Origin: Amoebidium appalachense
Taxonomy: Eukaryota; Protista; Ichthyosporea
Length of the DNA stretch: 5,167 nt
Reading direction: 5' to 3'
NCBI GenBank assembly: GCA_963693365.1
Contig: CAVNZM010000127.1
Location: 1 to 5,167 of the forward strand
Positions 1 through 5,167 of the stretch are shown here, piece by piece. Numbering within the stretch: the stretch's first letter is position 1; the number at the start of each line of letters is the position of its first letter. The notes under the pieces are model-generated. The model saw only the letters and a list, made by a program, of their open reading frames with translations, did not search any database and was not told where the DNA came from. The translations under genes were made by a program, and so were the position numbers.

Positions 1-145
1 CTAGATAATACGAGATGTAATCAAATGTAACCAAGCAATAAGCCTCCACAAGACGATCTGAGATAAAACACACAAAAGCACAAAGATACAAGGATATAAA
101 ATGAGAATAACAATATACAATAAGCCACAATAATACGGAATGGAA

Positions 146-580
146 GCAGTAATGTTACAATGATACAAGGATACTAATGGTAGCTGTAATGTTACAATGA
201 TACAACTGATAGCAGTAATGTTACAATAATACTAATGGTAGCTGTAAAGATACAAAGAATAACAATAGTAAAGATACAACGAGTGATAGCAATAGAGATA
301 TAATGAGTGATAACAATAGAGATACTAATATTAACAGCAGTAGATAGGGAGGAAAGAGTAACAATAGTAGGTGGCGAGAAAAGTGTGACAGCTGTATTAG
401 AAATCCCAATATTAACAGCCGTAGAGATACCCAGAGTGGAAGCAGTAGATAACGAGGAAAGTGGGACACCAGTATAAATATAAAGAGGAACAGCAGTAGA
501 GAGGTAAAGAATGATAGCAGTAAATAGTGAGGAAAGTGTAACAGTAGCAGCAATAGAGATACAAATAGTAACAGCCAACA
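146..580 (+). repeat. Degenerate purine-rich minisatellite with mostly 24/27-bp units
   Basis: Successive units from 246: aaagatacaaagaataacaatagt / aaagatacaacgagtgatagcaat / agagatataatgagtgataacaat / agagatactaatattaacagcagt, then 27-mers such as agatagggaggaaagagtaacaatagt. The 5' part has gtaatgttacaat at 149, 186 and 215, and atactaatggtagctgtaa at 171 and 229. Confidence 0.8.
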
Positions 581-602
581 AGTTGCAAGTTTCGAGTTCA
601 CT

Positions 603-752
603 ACGAGCTTGTCGTCGTATGAAGATAAGAGCATAAGACTTTTCCCTTAGCTAGAAAGCTCGACTGAGACTCTTATAATCACAATACTACCAAAGCATAA
701 GAATGTTTTTAGCGAGAAGGCTCTACTGAGACCTGACGCAAGAAGTAGACAT
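603..752 (+). repeat. Dispersed repeat family A: full copy (603-672) plus partial copy (693-752)
   Basis: acgagcttgtcgtcgtatgaagataagagcataagacttttcccttagctagaaagctcgactgagac closely matches 1931-1996 and the reverse complement of about 3887-3956. 693-752 repeats the 3' half (gcataagaatgtttttagcgagaaggctctactgagacc). Confidence 0.9.
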
Positions 753-769
753 CGCGACAACAAATACAA

Positions 770-902
770 GATGATCGCTCTCTGAGAGCTGTTACACTTT
801 GACATTATAACAAGAATCCCCAAGCGACGGCTTTCTGTATTGAAAACTATTATATTTTAACATTGTGATGACGCTCTCTGTGGTGTAAGCTGTTATACCT
901 TT
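770..902 (+). repeat. Imperfect direct repeat pair (770-800 and 867-902)
   Basis: gatgatcgctctctgagagctgttacactt versus gatgacgctctctgtggtgtaagctgttatacctt. The first copy contains the palindrome GCTCTC-T-GAGAGC (777-789). Confidence 0.6.
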
Positions 903-955
903 TAATTTAAGACTCAAAGAGTACTAAACGATTTGTAAGCGCCCAACGAGTTGCA

Positions 956-1038
956 AGACGAGGGATTAGAGAATTGATAGTAATGAGATGTTATTAAAGA
1001 ATAAGATACTAGCATAGACGAGGGATTAGAGAATTGAT
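956..1038 (+). repeat. Perfect 23-bp direct repeat, two copies 60 bp apart
   Basis: agacgagggattagagaattgat at 956-978 and 1016-1038, separated by 37 bp. Confidence 0.9.
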
Positions 1039-1190
1039 GGATGAGGAGAAATTGATTAGTGATTTACAGAAAATTAATTGATCAATACTTGATGATTTAT
1101 GTTATACACCCAGAGCACCTCTGATTTTTACACCATCACAAATTCTTTCTGCACTTATATCATACTGTACACGATCACAATTGATTCAAA

Positions 1191-1456
1191 TACTCCTATT
1201 ATTCATATACCCATACTACGTACTCGCATGCGCATCGATGCTAGGTCCTCAGGTTATACCATGTATCCTAAGCACCTTTATTCTTGCACTCCTATTATTC
1301 ATGTGCTCATATTATATTATGCATCCAAAGCCTCATTGATTCTTACACTCCTGCTATTCATGAACTTCTGTCCTGCATAACCACATTTTATTCCTACACC
1401 CCCCCCCCCCCATGTCAAACATACCCATATTTGATTTATGCACTCCTGTTATTCAT
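1191..1456 (+). repeat. Four copies of the 16-bp motif YACTCCTRYTATTCAT
   Basis: Copies at 1191-1206, 1287-1302, 1346-1361 and 1441-1456; reverse-complement copies at 4306-4321 and 4395-4410. Confidence 0.85.
1399..1411 (+). repeat. C13 homopolymer
   Basis: Thirteen consecutive C in AT-rich context. Confidence 0.9.
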
Positions 1457-1557
1457 ACACTCTCACTTATGTCATATTGTGCGCGATGCCGATTGAGTTA
1501 TACTATGTATCTAAAAGCATATACCCTTAAATTAAAATACACACATTACCTAACATA

Positions 1558-1620
1558 GGCGATACAATAGCGACACAATGGCGACACAATGGCGACAGGG
1601 ATAATACATAGGCGATATGT
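1558..1620 (+). repeat. 11-bp tandem array (GGCGACACAAT-like)
   Basis: ggcgatacaat 1558, agcgacacaat 1569, ggcgacacaat 1580, ggcgacaggga 1591, and ggcgatatgt 1611. Confidence 0.85.
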
Positions 1621-1645
1621 TCCGAACTGCTAACCATAAACTGCT

Positions 1646-1793
1646 AATCGTTAATCGAACTACGAATAGTTCAAGTAAACCTTGCTTTAAATCGTTAACC
1701 TAGCTACGAATAGTTTAAGTAAACCTTGCTTCAAATCGTTAACTTAGCTATAAATAGCTTAAGTAAAACCTGCTTCGAATCGTTAATCTAGTT
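1646..1793 (+). repeat. 44-bp tandem repeat, about 3.4 copies
   Basis: Units start at 1646, 1690, 1734 and 1778; e.g. aatcgttaacctagctacgaatagtttaagtaaaccttgcttca. Confidence 0.93.
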
Positions 1794-1861
1794 TTCAAAT
1801 GTGAGTTTCGAGTACTAAATGAGTTGCGAATACTCGACAAGCTGCGGCTCAAGAAAAACTC

Positions 1862-2010
1862 TTAGGATCCTCAGATTCAAAAAGCATAAAACTCTTTTCT
1901 TAGCGATAAGGCTCTTTAGAGACTCCCACAATGAGCTTGTCGTCGTATGATGACAAGAGCATAAGACTTTTCTTAGCAAGAAAGCTCTACTAAGACCTAA
2001 CACAAAAAGT
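1862..2010 (+). repeat. Repeat family A: variant copy (1862-1927) and full copy (1931-2010)
   Basis: gagcttgtcgtcgtatgatgacaagagcataagacttttcttagcaagaaagctctactaagacc. The variant ggatcctcagattcaaaaagcataaaactcttttcttagcgataaggctctttagagactc matches about 2420-2480. Confidence 0.9.
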
Positions 2011-2021
2011 TCGCATGATGA

Positions 2022-2109
2022 CCAACGCAATACGTTCGCACCAACGATAAGTGCAAGAAAATCACACTAAAGCATAACGATCAACCCAACGCAATACGTT
2101 TGCATCAAC
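2022..2109 (+). repeat. 24-bp direct repeat pair, 64 bp apart
   Basis: ccaacgcaatacgttcgcaccaac (2022-2045) versus ccaacgcaatacgtttgcatcaac (2086-2109), 22/24 identical. Confidence 0.85.
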
Positions 2110-2110
2110 C

Positions 2111-2348
2111 CAAGCTCGCTTAAGCTAGTAGCCTGACGCATAGGTACACAGTACCAAGCAAGCTTAGTCAAATTGCTTTATGCATAGGGATTTCATTTCA
2201 AGCTAGCTTAGGCTAGTAGCCTTGCGCATAGGTACACAGTACCTAGCGGACTTAATCCAATTATCTTGTGCACAGGGATTCCATTTCAAGCTAACTTAGG
2301 TTAGTAGCCTTGCGCACAGGTACACAGTACCAAGCTAGTTTAAGTTAA
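2111..2348 (+). repeat. 88-bp tandem repeat (about 2.7 copies) made of two diverged 44-bp halves, each unit carrying the palindrome GGTAC-ACA-GTACC
   Basis: Units start at 2111, 2199 and 2287. Halves 2111-2154 and 2155-2198 align without gaps at 26/44 by hand count. Palindromes at 2143-2155, 2231-2243 and 2319-2331. Confidence 0.93.
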
Positions 2349-2680
2349 CAAGCTTCCATCTCCTAGCATAACTACTATTTATTCAATTACAAAACAGCAT
2401 TGCTATTCCCAACGAGTTTGGGACCTTCAGATTCCAAAAACATAAAGAAGTCTCTTAACGATAAGGTTCAAGAGAGACTCTTGCTTTAAAAATATATTTT
2501 TACCTCATTGGCAATAAGCTAATTTAAGTTTACAAGTTTTACTTCGTAACATAACTATTATGTCCTTAATTATAGAAGAACATTGCGAGTCCCAACGAGT
2601 TTGTCGTAGCATAACGAAAAGAGCATAAAACTATTCTCTTAGGAAGAAATTTCTTAAGAGATTCTAGCTCTTTAATTTTT
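2332..2680 (+). repeat. Degenerate tandem duplication of about 184 bp, each unit containing a family A variant
   Basis: aagctagtttaagttaacaagcttc...cataactactattt...cattgctattcccaacgagtttg...agagactcttgct (from 2332) versus aagctaatttaagtttacaagtttt...cataactattatgt...cattgcgagtcccaacgagtttg...agagattctagct (from 2516). Confidence 0.8.
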
Positions 2681-2715
2681 AAAGTATTGTAATTATTTTC
2701 TTAGTAGGGAAATAA

Positions 2716-2891
2716 GAATGCATATTTTTAACGCCTCATAGTAACATAATAATGATGTATATTAAAACAAATGCATTTGGAGGATTATTAAGAACAACTT
2801 TCTCCGTATTAATTCAAATTGAATTAGCAGTACTAGGTACGATATTTCTAAATTGTATCTAATTATGATTATCAGATACTATACTAGTCAT
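2716..2891 (+). pseudogene. cox1: Decayed 5' fragment of cytochrome c oxidase subunit 1, mitochondrial type
   Basis: The frame from 2716 reads ECIFLTPHSNIIMMYIKTNAFGGLLRTTFSVLIQIELAVLGTIFLN. This aligns without gaps to the conserved COX1 N-terminus [41 protein letters not shown]. A stop follows at 2860, then broken DYQ...TSH remnants matching xxQLYNxIxTAH. Manual alignment only. Confidence 0.78.
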
Positions 2892-2894
2892 TAT

Positions 2895-2924
2895 ATTGAT
2901 TTAGGAGTACCAGGTACGTTATTC
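2895..2924 (+). repeat. Second copy of the cox1 IELAVPGT-coding segment
   Basis: attgatttaggagtaccaggtacgttattc versus 2818-2847 attgaattagcagtactaggtacgatattt, 25/30 identical. It translates IDLGVPGTLF and keeps the conserved Pro lost from the first copy. Confidence 0.75.
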
Positions 2925-2984
2925 TGATCATTATATGTTTTATTTTATTAGGACAGCTACTACTTTAAAGGGTAGTTCACATTC

Positions 2985-3793
2985 ATAAGCAGCCTATATC
3001 CATTAGCTTAACCAAGTCTATGGTTAATTTACACCACTTTAGCAGCATTAGTATTCATATTGAGTCCCGTATGTGGATTTCATAATTATAAAAATGGAGA
3101 TATAATGATGATTACAGGTTTATAACCAATTAGTTCCGAGGAGGTGTTCCTTGGATTGTTTAATGTAAAGATTTAACTTAAAAAGAAGAAGAAAGGATTT
3201 TCTTTTTAGTGTATCAGAAGCTTTGCTATTATTAGCATCTTTCTAACCTTACTTCCATAGTAGCTTTTCATTCCCTCCTTATTGAATTAGGATTTGGTGT
3301 CTCGAGTTACTATACTTAGATCTTTTTACATTCTATTAGAATTAAAGTATTAAATCCATTATATACTTTTATTTTTATTAGTGTTATTGATATTAGTAGA
3401 AACCAGGTGTAAAAAATGTGGGATTAACACCAATAGTTCACTATAAATTTTTCTATATACTGAGACAACTTAAGGCTATAAGATGTAATAGCTTTCTACA
3501 CAAGACGCAAGTTAATCAACAGGAAACCCAATCTTATATGTGAGATAACAGAATCTTATACATGTAACAGGCTCTCTAAATCTTGATCACCTATAGGACC
3601 CTCAAAGATTACACGTGGAGCTTCTGTTCCTCCTATATAGAATTTTCGATGAAAATATAATTCATAATATTAAAAAAAATAAAGATAAATTAAGCATAGA
3701 AAAAGGTACACAGTACCAATTAGGATATGATTGGTAATAGAAATCTTATACGATACTGTTATGTATTAAAGAGGAGATAATTTTGGAGAATAA
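2985..3793 (+). pseudogene. cox3: Near full-length decayed cytochrome c oxidase subunit 3, mitochondrial type
   Basis: Colinear blocks: PSLWLIYTTLAALVFILSPVCGFHNYKNGDIMMITGL (3012-3122; cf. PSPWPI..S.AAL......V..FH.Y..G..L...GL); ISSEEVFLG (3129-3155; cf. IIxEGTFLG); LFSVSEALLLLASF*PYFHSS (3202-3264; cf. LFIVSEALFFLAFFWAYFHSS); IELG (3281-3292); IRIKVLNPL (3335-3361; cf. xGIxVLNP); QRLHV (3603-3617; cf. HGLHV); Y*RG (3764-3775; cf. YWWG). The span of about 800 nt matches cox3. There are several stops and frameshifts, and the 3' half is weaker. Confidence 0.85.
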
Positions 3794-4017
3794 GTTCATT
3801 TTTATTCTTCTGTTATCTTTCTATTAATTTCATATATAGTAGTTTTTGCGTTGGTTTTCATGCCTTGATATGTACTTCTTGCATAAGGTCTCTTCAAAAT
3901 TTTTATCGCTAAGAAAATAGTCTTATGCTCTTGTCATGATACGACGACAAGCTCGTTTAGTACTCACATTAAGAACTCGATTGACGGTTAACAGTGGAAG
4001 GTTAGCAGTTCGAAGCT

Positions 4018-4148
4018 TGTCGTCTATATATCGCCTATGAGTCGCTAATATTAGATAAGATGTTGCCTATGTGTCACCTATATCAAGTAATGTATGTCAT
4101 TAATATGTCGCCTATATCAAGTAATGTGTCGCCTATGTGTAACCAATA
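4018..4148 (-). repeat. Array of 11-bp TGTCGCCTATR-like units, inverted counterpart of 1558-1620
   Basis: Units on + at 4018, 4029, 4040, 4061, 4072, 4106, 4127 and 4138. Confidence 0.85.
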
Positions 4149-4262
4149 TTAGATAATGTATCGTCATTAATGTGTGTACTTTAATTTAGGGTGTATACTG
4201 TTAGGTGCATGGTATAAATTGATGGGTATCGTGCAGACATCAGTGGTGATCTTGAGTGCAGA

Positions 4263-4431
4263 AGTATATAGCATTGATGCACATACAAATACATAGTACA
4301 AGCGTATGAATAATAGGAGTGTAATAATTAATTGGGATCGTGAAGGATATGAGTATATAGCATTGGTGCGCCTGCAAATACATAGTACGAGCATATGAAT
4401 AATAGGAGTGTAATAATCAATTGGGATCGTG
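4263..4431. repeat. 89-bp-period tandem duplication (two 80-bp copies)
   Basis: agtatatagcattgatgcacatacaaatacatagtacaagcgtatgaataataggagtgtaataattaattgggatcgtg at 4263-4342, with a closely similar copy at 4352-4431. Confidence 0.92.
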
Positions 4432-4482
4432 CAGAAATATGTGATGCTTTGGGTGCAGAAATACATGGCGCATCTTATAAGT

Positions 4483-4740
4483 TTTGTGAGGATTTTAACG
4501 GATTAGAGGATAGAAAGTTTGGGACTTTTACAATTAAATTCAGTGTAAAATTAGCCTCATTTTCAGGATAAAATTAGTGTCTTTCATAGAGATTATATTG
4601 GAATCTTAAATAAAATTAGTGAGGGATTTCAATAGATTAGCTCTTAAAGAATTTAATGGTCTTACCCTTTTATGGGGGGGGGCACAGATTAAAGGAGATG
4701 ATTTTATCCGAGCACTTTAGTAGATTTGTGAGGATTTTAA
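4483..4740 (+). repeat. Perfect 16-bp direct repeats bounding a 258-bp segment that contains a G9 tract
   Basis: tttgtgaggattttaa at 4483-4498 and 4725-4740; G9 at 4674-4682; taaaattag at 4546, 4569 and 4611. Confidence 0.75.
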
Positions 4741-4859
4741 AGCTTCTTTAAAGAGAAAGCTTAATATTTTAGTAAATTAATGTGTTAAAATTTCTCCCGC
4801 ACAATACCTAACATGAATGCGAATGCATGAATTAATTGGAGATTGAGCACGATATAACA

Positions 4860-5090
4860 GAAGTACAAGGCATTTAATGCGCATGCGAATTCATAGTATG
4901 AGCACATAACTAACATGAGTGTAAGAATCCATTAAGGTCATGACAAAGTACATAAGTGCAGGAATCAGTTATGCTCTTAAGTGTATTGCATAAATCGATG
5001 ATACTCTAAGTGTATGACATGAATGTATAAACCAATGAGGCTCAGGGTGCATGAATAATTGGTATTCTGAAATGTATGGTATAAATTCCT
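4860..5090 (-). repeat. More diverged copy of the outer-arm repeat family, inverted relative to 1145-1350
   Basis: 4877-4888 is the reverse complement of 1224-1235, 4952-4961 of 1149-1158, and 5033-5042 of 1329-1338. Confidence 0.75.
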
Positions 5091-5167
5091 TGTGATCATA
5101 TATAAATGGTTTGTGAAAAACCTGAAAATTATGGGTCCAAGAAGTCAAATGCAAAGGGAGGGGTACT

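Larger units (their letters stand above)
1100..2030 (+). repeat. Left arm of a long degenerate inverted repeat (partner 3846-4466)
   Basis: Colinear reverse-complement anchors: 1191-1206 vs 4395-4410 (15/16), 1528-1548 vs 4168-4188 (20/21), 1623-1635 vs 4000-4012 (13/13), 1798-1806 vs 3962-3970 (9/9), 1933-1968 vs 3919-3954 (35/36), 2013-2030 vs 3846-3863 (16/18). The outer boundary is approximate. Confidence 0.9.
3846..4466 (-). repeat. Right arm of the long degenerate inverted repeat (partner 1100-2030), including a family A copy at about 3871-3956
   Basis: Same six colinear anchors as the left arm. The reverse complement of about 3868-3893 (gagaccttatgcaagaagtacatatc) also matches 728-753 (gagacctgacgcaagaagtagacatc). 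Confidence 0.9.

Noticed and set aside
192-634. Two overlapping minus-strand ORFs (129 aa and 137 aa) resembling membrane proteins
   Set aside because: They are the antisense of an A/G-rich, triplet-phased minisatellite. Low-complexity Leu/Ile/Ser/Thr content and two overlapping open frames are expected artefacts, and no domain is recognisable.
603-672. Family A as a hammerhead ribozyme or C/D-box RNA (ATGA[A/T]GA ... GAAA-GCTC ... CTGA)
   Set aside because: The hammerhead core needs CUGANGA and a stem I, and neither is present; the minus-strand copy reads ATCATGA. No single copy has both a perfect box C and box D, and there are no C'/D' boxes.
956-1038. CRISPR-like geometry (23-bp repeat, 37-bp spacer)
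   Set aside because: Only two copies, no third repeat at the expected position near 1076, no palindrome and no cas genes. The 44- and 88-bp arrays lack unique spacers.
1099-1496. ORFs 1099-1380 and 1284-1496 and their apparent paralogue 4167-4466 (shared TPIIH and TLLLF)
   Set aside because: The similarity comes from the repeated ACTCCTATTATTCAT DNA motif, which is read in different frames within the same ORF. This indicates DNA-level rather than protein-level conservation.
1815-2030. 71-aa minus-strand ORF (and the 61-aa ORF at 4969-5154)
   Set aside because: Both are short, lie over repeat-family sequence and have no recognisable motif.
2679-2891. Minus-strand 70-codon frame open only if both TAG and TGA are recoded (recoded phage idea)
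   Set aside because: It needs two reassignments and is better explained as the antisense shadow of the cox1 remnant on the + strand.
3021-3090. WLIYTTLAAL as COX1 WTVYPPL
   Set aside because: The longer gapless match to the COX3 N-terminus (PSPWP...FH.Y..G) and colinearity with downstream COX3 blocks fit better.
3205-3281. Shine-Dalgarno-like AAGGAGG before ATG on the minus strand
   Set aside because: The spacing is only 2 nt, the ORF is about 21 codons, and the site is the antisense of cox3-derived sequence.
2716-3793. Dinoflagellate-type edited mitochondrial genes (cox1/cox3 fragments plus inverted repeats)
   Set aside because: The remnants resemble canonical COX1/COX3 rather than the divergent myzozoan forms as I recall them, and multi-codon indels and frameshifts cannot be fixed by substitution editing. 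Not formally excluded without phylogeny and RNA data.

Overview
This AT-rich 5.2-kb window has no convincing intact gene; all seven supplied ORFs look like by-products of repeats or strand skew. The centre (about 2716-3793, + strand) holds heavily decayed mitochondrial-type respiratory genes that the ORF track misses: a 5' fragment of cox1 and a near full-length cox3 remnant with stops, frameshifts and indels. Both were recognised by manual translation against remembered consensus motifs, not by a database search. This core, together with a repeat block at 2022-2680, lies between two long degenerate inverted arms (about 1100-2030 and 3846-4466). The arms are built from nested repeats with 11, 44 and 89 bp periods, and an 88-bp array sits just inside the left arm. 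A dispersed 55-70 bp hairpin-forming repeat occurs about seven times. The best reading is eukaryotic DNA: either an old NUMT held between inverted repeats, or a pseudogene-bearing segment of an expanded, repeat-rich mitochondrial genome. The window alone cannot tell these apart.
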